From Candidatus Hadarchaeota archaeon (GTDB lineage Archaea > Hadarchaeota > Hadarchaeia > Hadarchaeales > WYZ-LMO6), in NCBI GenBank assembly GCA_964509845.1, contig CAZDZG010000001.1, positions 4,078 to 68,077 on the forward strand: 64,000 nt of DNA. Reading direction: 5' to 3'. The notes under the pieces are model-generated. The model did not search any database, was not told where the DNA came from, and worked only from the letters and a program-made list of their open reading frames with translations. This document shows, one piece after another, positions 27,791 to 37,809 of the stretch. How positions within the stretch are numbered: the first letter of the stretch is position 1; every line of letters begins with the position of its first letter. Made by a program: the position numbers and the translations under genes.

Positions 27791-29303
27791 TCTCTCCTTT
27801 CCCCTGCCCCGATATATAAGCTTTCACTGTTCTTTCCAGTTCGGCCAGGGCCCTCTCCTCCTTCTTCCGCCTCCTCTCCAGCCTGATCCTCTTCTTCCTC
27901 AGCTCCGCCCACCTCCGCCTCAGCATCCTCCTAACCTCGCCGGGAGAGGGACTACCCAGGGTCCTCCTCTGCCTCAGGGAAGAGAGGGGGTCCAGACATC
28001 CCAGGATCTCCTCCCCCACCTTAACCTTCTTTCCCAGTTCCTCCCTTGCCGCCTTCTCCAGCAGCTCCACCGAGAGATCCCTGACGGTGAGGCCCGAGGC
28101 CAGCGCCTCCCTCACCGCCCTCCCCACCAGCGCATGGGCCTCCCTGAAGGAGAGCCCCACCTTCCTGACCAGGGCCTCCGCGAGGTCCCAGGCGAGGGCC
28201 CAGCTGAGGGAGGAGGAGGAGCTGAGCCTTTCCCTCCTGATCTTCAGCGTTTCCACCACCCCTTTCATGATCGCCAGGCTCTCCCTGGTCTCGTCCACGC
28301 ACCTCCAAAGGGGAGGCTTCACCTGTTGCAGATCCCTGTTGTAGCCCGTGGGTATGCCCTTCAGGAGGGTGAGGAGGGAGAACAGGGCCCCGTAGACCTC
28401 TCCGGTCTTCCCCCTTATGAGCTCCAGCGTGCAGGGATTCTTCTTCTGGGGCATGGCGCTGGAGGTGGAGGAGTACTCATCGGAGAGCTCCACGTACCCA
28501 AACTCCGGCGTGGACCAGAGGATGAGGTCCTCCGCCATCCGGCTCAGGTGGCACATGATCAGGCTCATGCAAGCGGCCGCCTCCACCAGCACGTCCCTTG
28601 AGCTGACGGCATCCAGCGAGTTCTCCACCAGTCCCTCGAACCCCAGCAGGGAGGCCGTCCTCCTCCGGTTCAGGGGGAGGCTGGAGCCCCCCACGGCCCC
28701 CCCACCCAGGGGGCAGAGGTTCACTCTGCGGTAGCAATCCTCCAGCCTGTCGAAGTCCCGGAGGAAAAGGTCGACCTGGGCTAGGAAGTAATGGCCCACC
28801 GTCCCTATCTGGGCGTGCTGCGTGTGGGTCAGGAGGATGAGGGGGGTTTCCAGGTTCTCCTCCGCTCGTTCGAGCAGGGCCTCCACCAGCTCCAGCAGGG
28901 AGGAGGAGAGGTCGTTCAGGTCCCTCCTCAGCCTCATCCTGAGGTCCAGGGCCACCTGATCGTTCCTCGACCTTCCCGTGTGCAGCTTCCCCCCCACCTC
29001 CACTCCCACCTCGGCTATCACCCTTGACTCCAGGAACTCGTGCACGTCCTCGAATTTCCCCTCCAGCCTGAGCCTGCCCTCCCTGTATTCCTTCCTCATC
29101 CTCTCCAGCGAGGACAGGATTCTCCTCAGTTCCTCCCGGGAGAGGATCCCCTGCTCGTACAGCATGATCTCGTGGGCCTCCGTCCCGTACAGGTCCTCCT
29201 CCACTATCCTCTCATCTTCCCTCAGGGAGGAAACGAACTTCAGCACCCTCTCCTCCGGTCCCTTCGAGACCCTCGCCCTGTAGATTCCCTTCTCAGCGTC
29301 CAT
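27780..29303 (-). CDS. argH: Argininosuccinate lyase with a ~50-aa Arg/Lys-rich C-terminal extension
   Basis: Fumarate-lyase signature SSAMPQKKNP; overlaps argG by 11 nt. Confidence 0.9.
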   Translation of the reverse strand: MDAEKGIYRARVSKGPEERVLKFVSSLREDERIVEEDLYGTEAHEIMLYEQGILSREELRRILSSLERMRKEYREGRLRLEGKFEDVHEFLESRVIAEVGVEVGGKLHTGRSRNDQVALDLRMRLRRDLNDLSSSLLELVEALLERAEENLETPLILLTHTQHAQIGTVGHYFLAQVDLFLRDFDRLEDCYRRVNLCPLGGGAVGGSSLPLNRRRTASLLGFEGLVENSLDAVSSRDVLVEAAACMSLIMCHLSRMAEDLILWSTPEFGYVELSDEYSSTSSAMPQKKNPCTLELIRGKTGEVYGALFSLLTLLKGIPTGYNRDLQQVKPPLWRCVDETRESLAIMKGVVETLKIRRERLSSSSSLSWALAWDLAEALVRKVGLSFREAHALVGRAVREALASGLTVRDLSVELLEKAAREELGKKVKVGEEILGCLDPLSSLRQRRTLGSPSPGEVRRMLRRRWAELRKKRIRLERRRKKEERALAELERTVKAYISGQGKGENAR

Positions 29304-30426
29304 GGAGCTCCCTCAGCTTCCTCACCACCGCATCCCCCACCTCCTGGGTCCTGCAGTTTCCCCCCAGATCACGCGTGAGGTACCGGCCCTCCCTGAGCAC
29401 CTCCTTCACGGCCCTTTCCACGGCCTCGGCAGCCTCCCTCTCCCCCAGCTCCTCCAGCATCATCTTGCCGGCCAGGATGGTGGCCATGGGATTGGCAATT
29501 CCCTTCCCCGCGTGCTTGGGGGCGGAGCCGTGGATGGGTTCAAACATGCTCACCCCCTCGGGGTTCAGGTTCCCGCCGGGGGCCATGCCCATCCCACCCT
29601 GCAGCATGGCTCCGAGATCGGTCAGGATGTCCCCGAACATGTTGGGGGTGACCACCACCTCGTAGTGCTCGGGGTTCTTCACCATCCACATGGCTACGGC
29701 ATCCACGAAGGCGAATTCCGCCTCCACCCCCGCATAATCCCTGGCCACCTCCTGGAAGACCTCCCTCCACATCCCGTAAAGGTGGGTGAGGACGTTGGCC
29801 TTGTCCACCGCCGTCACCCTCTTCCTCCCCTCCCTCCTGGCCAGCTCGAAGGCGTACCTTATCACCCGCTCGGCCCCCCTCCTGCTCATCACCCCCACCT
29901 GGTAGGCTATCTCTTCCCCTTCCGTTTCCAGGTCCAATCCGAGCTTCAGCTGGTACAGCTTCCTTAGCACCTCGTGCTCCTCCCTCCACCTTCCCCTCCC
30001 CCTCCCCCCCAGCCCCACGTAGAAGTCCTCCGTGTTCTCCCTCACCACGTAGAAGTTGATGTCCTCGGGTCGCTTGTCCTTCAGGGGACAGGGGACCCCC
30101 GGATAAAGCTTGACGGGACGCAGGTTCACGTACTGGTCGAAGTAAAAGCGCAGGGTGAGGAGAATGCCCTTCTCCAGCACGCCGGTGGGTACCCTGGGAT
30201 CCCCCACCGCCCCCAGGTATATGGCATCGAACTTGGACAGCTCCTTCAGATCCTCCTCCTCCAGCAGGCGCCCCGTTCTCAGGTAATACTCCCCCCCGTA
30301 CGGGAACTCCTCGAACTGAAACTCCACCCCCATCAGCTCGGAGACGGCCCAGAGCACCTTCATTCCTTCCCTGATGACCTCCGGTCCCACGCCGTCCCCC
30401 GGAATGACCGCGATCTTGTGAACCAT
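29293..30426 (-). CDS. leuB: 3-isopropylmalate dehydrogenase (isocitrate/homoisocitrate dehydrogenase family)
   Basis: Beta-decarboxylating dehydrogenase motifs; sits next to leuCD. Confidence 0.75.
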   Translation of the reverse strand: MVHKIAVIPGDGVGPEVIREGMKVLWAVSELMGVEFQFEEFPYGGEYYLRTGRLLEEEDLKELSKFDAIYLGAVGDPRVPTGVLEKGILLTLRFYFDQYVNLRPVKLYPGVPCPLKDKRPEDINFYVVRENTEDFYVGLGGRGRGRWREEHEVLRKLYQLKLGLDLETEGEEIAYQVGVMSRRGAERVIRYAFELARREGRKRVTAVDKANVLTHLYGMWREVFQEVARDYAGVEAEFAFVDAVAMWMVKNPEHYEVVVTPNMFGDILTDLGAMLQGGMGMAPGGNLNPEGVSMFEPIHGSAPKHAGKGIANPMATILAGKMMLEELGEREAAEAVERAVKEVLREGRYLTRDLGGNCRTQEVGDAVVRKLRELHGR

Positions 30427-30452
30427 ATCCCAACCACTTCCCGGAACCCGGA

Positions 30453-30944
30453 TTATAACCTATCTCTCCTCTTCGCCTTGAGGTAGGGAATCAGGCCCCC
30501 CGCCCGCAGGATGGAAAGGAGGAAGTCGGGAAGGGGTTCGGCCCTCAGCTCGATTCCCCGGCTGACGTTGATCACCACCCCTTTCCCCAAGTCGTACTCC
30601 ACCTCCTCCCCCTGGGAGAAGGAGGAGCTCACCCCTTTGCAGATGAGCACCGGAAGCCCCTGGTTGATGGCATTCCTGAAGAAGATCCGGGCAAAGGACT
30701 CGGCTATGACTGCCCCCACCCCGGCCCCCTTGAGGGCTAGGGGGGCCTGTTCCCTGCTGGATCCGCAGCCGAAGTTCCTTCCCGCCACGATCACGTCCCC
30801 CTTCCTTACCCGGGAGGAAAAGTCTGGCAGCAAGTTCTCAAAGACATGCTTTCCCAGCTCCTCCGGGTCCCTCTTCACCAGGTACCTGCCCGGGATGATG
30901 TCATCGGTGGAAACGTTGTCCCCCAGCACCCACACCCTGGCCAT
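30453..30944 (-). CDS. leuD: 3-isopropylmalate dehydratase small subunit
   Basis: MARVWVLGDNVSTDDIIPGRYL start; the ATG overlaps the leuC stop as ATGA, and the upstream 44 codons of the track ORF were rejected. Confidence 0.8.
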   Translation of the reverse strand: MARVWVLGDNVSTDDIIPGRYLVKRDPEELGKHVFENLLPDFSSRVRKGDVIVAGRNFGCGSSREQAPLALKGAGVGAVIAESFARIFFRNAINQGLPVLICKGVSSSFSQGEEVEYDLGKGVVINVSRGIELRAEPLPDFLLSILRAGGLIPYLKAKRRDRL

Positions 30945-32185
30945 CACACATCCCTCGGGTCGGTGAGCCTTCCGGTGAGGGCGGAGGCGGCCACCGTGGC
31001 GGGGGAGGCCAGGTAGATCTCGGCCTCGGGACTCCCCATCCTCCCCCTGAAGTTCCGGTTGGAGGAGGAAACGCATACCTCCCCGGGTGCGAGCACCCCT
31101 ATGTAGCTACCCATGCAGGCCCCGCAGCCTGGGGGACCGAGGATGGCCCCCGCCTTCAGGAGCTTCTCCAGGATGCCCAGCCTCGCCGCCTCCAGGTAGG
31201 TCTCCCTGGAGGAAGGGACCACCAGCATCCTGACGCGGGGATGGATCTTCCTCCCCTTGAGAATTCTGGCGGCCTCCAGCAGGTCCTCCGTCCTGCCGTT
31301 GGTGCAGCTCCCCAGGAAGGCCTGGTCTATTTCCTTTCCCTCCACCTCCCTCACGGGCCTGACCCGGTCCACCCTGGGCGGGCAGGCGACCATGGGCTCC
31401 AGCCCCTCCAGCGAGTACTCCCTCTCCTCGGCGTACTCCGCCTCCTGGTCCGGCCGTACCACCCGGAAGGGGAACCTGGCCCTACCCCTGACGTATCGAA
31501 GGGTCTTGGCATCGGGGGGGACGAGGGCGGTCTTGGCACCCATTTCCACTCCCATGTTGCAGAGGGTCATCCTGCCTCCCACGCTCATCTCCCTCACCAC
31601 CTCTCCGTGAAACTCCAGGGCCCGGTAGGTGGCCCCATCCTCCCCTATCTCCCCCACCAGGTAGAGGATCACGTCCTTGGGATAGACCCTCCTTCCCAGC
31701 CTTCCCCTCAGCACGATCTTCACGCTCTCCGGCACCCTTAACCAGAGCTTCCCCTCCGCCATGGCGGCGGCCAGGTCGCTGGAACCTATCCCGGTGGCGA
31801 AGCAGCCAAAGGCCCCCTGCGTACAGGTGTGGGAATCTGCCCCCAGGATCAGCAGGCCGGGTAGGGCGAAGCCCTTCTCCGCCAGCACCTGGTGGCACAC
31901 CCCCTCCGCGAAGAGGTTTTCGATCCCTTGTTCCCTGGCGAAGTTCCTCATCATGGCGTGATCCCGGGCTATCTCGATGGAGTTGGCGGGCATCTGGTGA
32001 TCCAGCACCATCACCACCCTGGAGGGGTCCCAGACCTTCTCCGCTATCTCCCTGAAGCTTTCGATGGCCAAGGGGCCGGTGAGATCGTTCATCATCACCA
32101 CATCCACCTCAAACTCCAGGATCTCGCCGGGCTCCACCCTCTCCCTTCCAGCCTTCCCGGCCAGGATCTTCTCCGCCAGGTTCAA
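30944..32185 (-). CDS. leuC: 3-isopropylmalate dehydratase large subunit (aconitase family)
   Basis: Aconitase-family Cys ligands and overall pattern. Confidence 0.8.
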   Translation of the reverse strand: MNLAEKILAGKAGRERVEPGEILEFEVDVVMMNDLTGPLAIESFREIAEKVWDPSRVVMVLDHQMPANSIEIARDHAMMRNFAREQGIENLFAEGVCHQVLAEKGFALPGLLILGADSHTCTQGAFGCFATGIGSSDLAAAMAEGKLWLRVPESVKIVLRGRLGRRVYPKDVILYLVGEIGEDGATYRALEFHGEVVREMSVGGRMTLCNMGVEMGAKTALVPPDAKTLRYVRGRARFPFRVVRPDQEAEYAEEREYSLEGLEPMVACPPRVDRVRPVREVEGKEIDQAFLGSCTNGRTEDLLEAARILKGRKIHPRVRMLVVPSSRETYLEAARLGILEKLLKAGAILGPPGCGACMGSYIGVLAPGEVCVSSSNRNFRGRMGSPEAEIYLASPATVAASALTGRLTDPRDV

Positions 32186-32189
32186 GGGC

Positions 32190-33839
32190 TCACTTCCTCA
32201 CGGCACCCTCGGCGGCTGAGCTGGCGTGCTCGGCGTAGAACTTCAGGTAACCCCTGAGGCTCCTCTTCCTCGGCCTGAAGTGCCTTTTCCTCTCCTCCAG
32301 CTCTTTCTCCTCCACCAGCAGATCAAGCCTCCCTCGCTTGGCATCGATGAGGATCTCATCCCCGTCCCTCACCAGGGCTATCGGTCCCCCCTCCTCCGCC
32401 TCCGGGGAGACGTGCCCCACGCATATTCCCCTGGTCCCTCCGGAGAACCTGCCATCCGTCACCAGCGCCACCTCCCGGAGCAGGTTCATTCCGGCCAGCA
32501 TGGAGGTAACGGAGAGCATCTCCCTCATCCCCGGTCCCCCCTTGGGTCCCTCGTACCTTATCACCATCACCTCTCCCTTCCTTATTTCCTTCCCCTGCAG
32601 AGCCCTCACGGCCTCCTCCTCGCCATCGAACACCCTGGCCTTCCCCGAGAACCTAAGGGTCTCGAGACCCGCCGTTTTCAGGACGGCCCCCTGGGGGGCC
32701 AGCGTGCCGAAGAGGATGGCTATTCCCCCCCTCTTCTGATAGGGTTTGGAGAGGGGTCTTATGACTTCACCGTTTTTCACCCTCCAGCCTTTAAGATTGG
32801 AGGCAACGGTCTTGCCGGTGACCGTCAGGGGCGTGCCCTTGATGAGCCTGCCGAGCTGCTTCATCAGAGCCGGCACCCCTCCCGCCTCGTGCAGGTCCAC
32901 CATCATGTGTTCCCCTCCCGGTCTGAGGCTGCAGAGCTGAGGTACCCTCTTGCTCAGCCTGTCGAAGACCTCCAGGGGCAGGTTGATCCCCACCTCCCTG
33001 GCTATGGCCGGAAGATGCAGAACCGTGTTGGTGGATCCGCCCAGGGCCATGTCCACCGTGATGGCATTTTCGAAGGCACTTCTGGTCAGGATCATGCTGG
33101 GCCTTATTCCCCTCCTCAGAAGCTCCACCACCTTCTTTCCCGTCTGGTGAGCCAGCCTAAGCTTTTCCGAGCTCACGGCCGGACAGGTGGCCACCCCGGG
33201 CAGGGACATGCCGAGGGCCTCGATCAGGCAGGCCATGGTATTGGCGGTGAACATGCCGGCGCAGGAACCCGGGGTAGGACAGCACCTGTCCTCCATCTCC
33301 AGACCCTCCTCCTCCTTCATCCTGCCGCTCCTGATCTCCCCTATGGCCTCGAAGGCCGAGATCACATCCACCCTCCTTCCCCTCCACTCCCCGGGCAGCA
33401 TGGGACCGCCCGTGAGCATGATGGAGGGTATGTCCACGCGGGCCAGACCCATGAGCATGCCAGGCTCTATCTTGTCGCAGCTGGCTATGGCCACCGCCGC
33501 GTCAAAGCGATGGGCCTCCAACACCGCCTCGAGGCTGTCGGCGATTATCTCCCTGGAGGGCAGGGAATAGCGCATCCCCTCGGTTCCCATGCAGATTCCA
33601 TCGCAGATGGCGATGGTGTTGAACTCCATCGGGGTTCCCCCGGCCTCCCTCACCCCCTCGGCCACGGCTTCGGCCAGGGTCCTCAGGTGAACATGGCCTG
33701 GCACCGCCTGGCTCCAGGAATTGATGATGGCCACGAGCGGTTTTCGCAGATCCTCATCCGTGTAACCGCAGGCCTTGAGAAGGGCCCTTTTGGGCAGACC
33801 CTCTATCCCCCCCACCACCTCCCGGCTCCTTAGTTTCAT
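32190..33839 (-). CDS. ilvD: Dihydroxy-acid dehydratase
   Basis: IlvD/EDD family signature ([10 protein letters not shown]...SGGT). Confidence 0.9.
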   Translation of the reverse strand: MKLRSREVVGGIEGLPKRALLKACGYTDEDLRKPLVAIINSWSQAVPGHVHLRTLAEAVAEGVREAGGTPMEFNTIAICDGICMGTEGMRYSLPSREIIADSLEAVLEAHRFDAAVAIASCDKIEPGMLMGLARVDIPSIMLTGGPMLPGEWRGRRVDVISAFEAIGEIRSGRMKEEEGLEMEDRCCPTPGSCAGMFTANTMACLIEALGMSLPGVATCPAVSSEKLRLAHQTGKKVVELLRRGIRPSMILTRSAFENAITVDMALGGSTNTVLHLPAIAREVGINLPLEVFDRLSKRVPQLCSLRPGGEHMMVDLHEAGGVPALMKQLGRLIKGTPLTVTGKTVASNLKGWRVKNGEVIRPLSKPYQKRGGIAILFGTLAPQGAVLKTAGLETLRFSGKARVFDGEEEAVRALQGKEIRKGEVMVIRYEGPKGGPGMREMLSVTSMLAGMNLLREVALVTDGRFSGGTRGICVGHVSPEAEEGGPIALVRDGDEILIDAKRGRLDLLVEEKELEERKRHFRPRKRSLRGYLKFYAEHASSAAEGAVRK

Positions 33840-33878
33840 CGAGGTCCAAAAAACTTCATCCGCTGTCTTAAAGCCCTT

Positions 33879-34868
33879 TCAGGACCTCTCTATTCCCGCC
33901 CACTTCCTGAGCTCCCTTCCCACCTTCTCTATCAGATGTTCTCTTCCTTCCTCCCTCATCCTCCTCAGGGCCGGCAGGCCTTTCCTGTTCTCCTCCAGCC
34001 ACTCCCTTGCGAAGTCCCCGCTCTGGATTTCCCTCAGCAGCTCCCTCATCATCCTCCTGGCCTCCCCCCCTATGATCCTGGGTCCCCTCGTCCTTCCCCC
34101 GTACTCGGCGGTGTTGCTAACCGCGGCCATCATCCCTTCTATCCCCCGCTCGTAGATGAGATCCACGATGAGCTTCAGCTCATGGAGGCACTCGAAGTAG
34201 GCGTTCTCCGGCTGGTAGCCCGCTTCCACCAGCGTTTCGAAGCCGGCCTTGATGAGCTCCGAAACTCCCCCCACCAGAACCGCCTGCTCTCCGAACAGGT
34301 CGGTTTCGGTCTCCTCCTTGAAGGTGGTCTGCAGGACCCCTATCCTGGTAAGCCCTATTCCCTTGGCCATGGCAAGGGCCGTTTTGAGGGCCCCTCCCGA
34401 GGCATCCTGAAAGACCGCCACCAGACCAGGAACCCCCGATCCCTGCAGGTACATCTTCCTCACCATGCTTCCGGGGGCCTTGGGGGCCACGAGGATGACG
34501 TCCACCTGAGGAGGAGGAACGATCTGCCTGAAGTGAATGTTGAAGCCGTGGCTGAACCCCAGCGTTTTCCCCTCCCTCAGGTGAGGGGAGATGGCCTCGC
34601 GGTAAAGGTCAGGCTGCTGCTCGTCCGGCACCAGCAGGTGGATGATGTCGGCCCTCTCAGCGGCTTCCCCCACGGAATAGACCCTGAAGCCATCCTCCTC
34701 CGCCCTCTCCCAGCTCTTCCCCTTCCTGGCCCCCACGATGACCTCACAGCCGGAGTCCCTCAGGTTTTGGGCCTGGGCGTGTCCCTGATTCCCGTACCCT
34801 ATCACCGCTATGGTCCTGTTCCTTATCCAGCTCAGGTCCGCATCCTCGTCCAGGTAAAGCTTGGGCAT
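33879..34868 (-). CDS. ilvC: Ketol-acid reductoisomerase
   Basis: [22 protein letters not shown]-binding motif. Confidence 0.9.
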   Translation of the reverse strand: MPKLYLDEDADLSWIRNRTIAVIGYGNQGHAQAQNLRDSGCEVIVGARKGKSWERAEEDGFRVYSVGEAAERADIIHLLVPDEQQPDLYREAISPHLREGKTLGFSHGFNIHFRQIVPPPQVDVILVAPKAPGSMVRKMYLQGSGVPGLVAVFQDASGGALKTALAMAKGIGLTRIGVLQTTFKEETETDLFGEQAVLVGGVSELIKAGFETLVEAGYQPENAYFECLHELKLIVDLIYERGIEGMMAAVSNTAEYGGRTRGPRIIGGEARRMMRELLREIQSGDFAREWLEENRKGLPALRRMREEGREHLIEKVGRELRKWAGIERS

Positions 34869-34902
34869 CTTCCCCCCTTGGGAACACGGCTATAAAAAGG
34901 GC

Positions 34903-35391
34903 TCAGGGGGAGCTACCGTTCCTGGATAGGTAGACCTGCCCCGACCGGGCCACCTCCTCCAGCCTGTGGGGCCCCAGCGAGGAAAGGAGCCTCTCCACCT
35001 CCTCGTGGCTTCCCCCCACCTCCCCTATGAGGGCCCCTTCCCTTATCTCCAGCACCTTTCCCCCCATGGACTGGATGAGCCTTATGGCCTCCGACATCTC
35101 CCCCTCTTCCAGCCTCTTGGTCCTGAAGAGGCATATCTCCCTGGCTATGCTGTTCTCGGGATCCAGCACCCTTACCTCCAGGATGGGCTCCAGCCTCATG
35201 AGGACCCTCTGCATGAAGGAGGTCATCTTGTCGTCGGCCTTGAAGAGAATGATGATCCTGGCCAGGCCGGACGGCTCTATCCCCACGGTGATGGAGTCCA
35301 TGTTGATCTGCCTGCGGGTGAAGCATCTGGACACCCTCATCATGACCCCCGCCACGTTCTCGCAGAGCACGGAGAAGATCCTGGTCCTCAC
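34903..35391 (-). CDS. ilvN: Acetolactate synthase small (regulatory) subunit
   Basis: ACT-domain protein immediately downstream of ilvB. Confidence 0.85.
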   Translation of the reverse strand: MRTRIFSVLCENVAGVMMRVSRCFTRRQINMDSITVGIEPSGLARIIILFKADDKMTSFMQRVLMRLEPILEVRVLDPENSIAREICLFRTKRLEEGEMSEAIRLIQSMGGKVLEIREGALIGEVGGSHEEVERLLSSLGPHRLEEVARSGQVYLSRNGSSP

Positions 35392-35392
35392 C

Positions 35393-37090
35393 TCAATCCC
35401 CCAACAGCATCTGATCCAGTCTTCCCCCCGCCGGAACCATGGGGAGGACGTGCTCGTCGGGGTCTATAACGACGTCCAGGACGGCGGGCTTTCCGCACTC
35501 CAGCGCCTCCTTCAGCTTCTCCTTCATCTCCCCGGGTCTGGTCACCCTATCCCCCCAGGCCCCGTAGGCCTCGGCCAGTTTGACGAAGTCCGGGCTCTTT
35601 CCGAGGTAGGTCTGGGACCTCCTCCCCCCGTAGAAGAGGTCCTGCCACTGCTTCACCATCCCCAGGTAGGAATTGTTGAAGATGCAGCAGACCACCTCTA
35701 TTCCGTTCTCCACGGCCGTGGCCAGCTCCTGGGAGTTCATCAGGAAGCTCCCGTCACCCGCTATGTCCACCACCTTTTTCTCGGGGAGGGCGGTCTTCAC
35801 CCCCAGGGAAGCGGGGAAGCCGAAGCCCATGGTTCCAAGGCCCCCGGAAGAGATGAACCTTCTGGGCCCGCGAACGGTGAGGTAGTGAGCCGCCCACATC
35901 TGGCACTGTCCCACCTCCGTGACCACCACGGAATCATCGTCGAGCACCTCCATGATCTCCTTTATCACCCGCTGGGGCTTGAGGGGTATCTCGTCGTAAT
36001 CCATCCTCGGAAGGAACTCCCTCTTCATCCTCTTCACCCTCTCCGTCCACTCCGACCTGATCCCCCTCCTTCCCCTCTCCCTCAGGGCCCTCAGGATCTC
36101 CGCCAGCACGCGCTTGGCGTCCCCCACCACCGCCAGATCCGTCCTGACCAGCTTCCCGATCTCCACCGGGTCTATGTCTATGTGAACGATCTTGGCCTTC
36201 GGGGCGAAGTACCTGACGTCTCCCGTGGAGCGGTCGCTGAACCTCACTCCCACCCCTATGAGGAGGTCGCACTCCGTCACGGCCAGGTTCGCCGCCTTCC
36301 TCCCATGCATTCCCACCATTCCCAGCGAAAGGGGGTGATCCTCGGGTATGCTCCCCTTCCCCATCAGGGAGGTCACCACCGGGGCCCCCAGGAGCTCCGC
36401 CAGCTCCACCAGCTCGGGGGTGGCCCCCGACCATATCACCCCGCCGCCGGCCAGGATCAGGGGGCGCTCGGCCTCCTCTATGAGCCTCACCGCCTCCGCC
36501 ACCCGGTGGGGGTCGGGCTCGTACCTGACCTTCGCCCTCACCGTCACCTCCGCCGGTATCCTCACCCGGGCCTTCGCCGTCTGCACGTCCCTGGGGAGGT
36601 CGATGTGCACGGGTCCCGGCCTCCCGCTCATGGCTATCCTGAAGGCCTTGGCAACGGCCTCCACCAGCTCCTCCACGCTTCGCACCAGGAAGTTGTGCTT
36701 GGTGATGGGAAGCATGAGGCTTAGGATGTCAGCCTCCTGAAAGGCATCGGTCCCTAGGAGATGGGTGGGGACCTGTCCGGTGATGGCTATAACGGGTGAG
36801 CTGTCCATGTAGGCGTTCAGGATTCCCGTGAGGAGGTTGCAGGCCCCCGGACCGGAGGTCGCCATGCAGACTCCCGGTCTCCCCAGCGCTCTGGCGTATC
36901 CGTCTGCGGCGTGGGCGGCGGCCTGCTCGTGCCTCACCAGGATGTGCCTGATGGAGGGCTCTTCATACAGGACATCGTAAACGGGAAGGATGGCTCCGCC
37001 TGGTATCCCGAAGATGTGTTTTACCCCTTCGCTCTTCAGGGCGGCTATAAGGGCGGCGGCACCGGTGATCTCTTCCATGGTTTCCCTCAA
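35393..37090 (-). CDS. ilvB: Acetolactate synthase large subunit (TPP enzyme)
   Basis: TPP-binding GDG...N motif and FAD-domain pattern. Confidence 0.9.
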   Translation of the reverse strand: MRETMEEITGAAALIAALKSEGVKHIFGIPGGAILPVYDVLYEEPSIRHILVRHEQAAAHAADGYARALGRPGVCMATSGPGACNLLTGILNAYMDSSPVIAITGQVPTHLLGTDAFQEADILSLMLPITKHNFLVRSVEELVEAVAKAFRIAMSGRPGPVHIDLPRDVQTAKARVRIPAEVTVRAKVRYEPDPHRVAEAVRLIEEAERPLILAGGGVIWSGATPELVELAELLGAPVVTSLMGKGSIPEDHPLSLGMVGMHGRKAANLAVTECDLLIGVGVRFSDRSTGDVRYFAPKAKIVHIDIDPVEIGKLVRTDLAVVGDAKRVLAEILRALRERGRRGIRSEWTERVKRMKREFLPRMDYDEIPLKPQRVIKEIMEVLDDDSVVVTEVGQCQMWAAHYLTVRGPRRFISSGGLGTMGFGFPASLGVKTALPEKKVVDIAGDGSFLMNSQELATAVENGIEVVCCIFNNSYLGMVKQWQDLFYGGRRSQTYLGKSPDFVKLAEAYGAWGDRVTRPGEMKEKLKEALECGKPAVLDVVIDPDEHVLPMVPAGGRLDQMLLGD

Positions 37091-37108
37091 CCGGTAAGTT
37101 CTTTCGAA

Positions 37109-37399
37109 TCAGAGCCTTACGAACTGGGCGTGAGGTACCCCCTCCACCCTCAGAACGCGGGAGGGATCTATCAGACCCTCCCTGACGGCAACTTCCACGA
37201 TGGATCCCACCAGGTTTCCTATGGTGGCCTCCCTCATGGCCTTCAGGCATTCGGAGACGCTCGCCTCCCTTCCGCGGTAGAACTCCTCGCTCACCTTCAG
37301 CCTCACCTCACCCTCTCTAAATTCTTTTCCTATCAGCTCCGCGTCGCACACTGAAACCACCACCTCTCCACCCACCCTCCTTATCCTCAGCTCCGGCAT
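37109..37399 (-). CDS. Small conserved archaeal protein (DUF424-like), ~97 aa
   Basis: Start chosen at MPELRIRRVGGEVVV, an ATGA overlap with the aIF2-beta stop; the track ORF upstream extension was rejected. Confidence 0.3.
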   Translation of the reverse strand: MPELRIRRVGGEVVVSVCDAELIGKEFREGEVRLKVSEEFYRGREASVSECLKAMREATIGNLVGSIVEVAVREGLIDPSRVLRVEGVPHAQFVRL

Positions 37400-37809
37400 T
37401 AAATATTCCTCACCGAGGTTCTGGCCCCGCAGGCCTCGCACTTCATGAAATAAATCCTCCCCTGCTTGATGAGCCTCGTGTCCGGCCGATGACAGCTCCT
37501 GCACTTCACGAACTCCTCAATATATCTCTCTATCCTTCCTTTTATTATGGATGGGGTGAACTTTCCCTGAAACAGGGCCTGGGTGCCGTCCGAGCTCCCG
37601 GCGGCCCCCAGCTCCCTCAGGAGGTACTTCATGAGGTGCTGGGGATCCCGGTTGAGGGCGGAAGCTATCACCCGCAGGTTTTTCAGCACGGTGCGGGTAC
37701 CGGCGGTCACCACCTCCGGCTCCGGCACCTTAAGCCTCTCCCTGTCCGACTCCATCTTGGGAAGGCCCTGAAGGGCCCTGTCCAGCCATTCCTCATACCG
37801 CTCCATCAT
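37399..37809 (-). CDS. Translation initiation factor aIF-2 beta subunit
   Basis: C-terminal C4 zinc ribbon (CRSC...CEAC) and a typical aIF2-beta core. Confidence 0.85.
   Translation of the reverse strand: MMERYEEWLDRALQGLPKMESDRERLKVPEPEVVTAGTRTVLKNLRVIASALNRDPQHLMKYLLRELGAAGSSDGTQALFQGKFTPSIIKGRIERYIEEFVKCRSCHRPDTRLIKQGRIYFMKCEACGARTSVRNI

Noticed and set aside
26378-27886. 502-aa plus-strand ORF
   Set aside because: It is antisense to argG (copy 1) and overlaps it completely.
30945-31076. 44-codon upstream extension of leuD
   Set aside because: It overlaps the leuC 3' end out of frame, and conserved LeuD begins at MARVWV.
32226-33833. 535-aa plus-strand ORF
   Set aside because: It is fully antisense to ilvD, is His/Pro/Gly-rich and has no motif content.
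35027-36724. 565-aa plus-strand ORF
   Set aside because: It is antisense to ilvB/ilvN and is a high-GC open frame.
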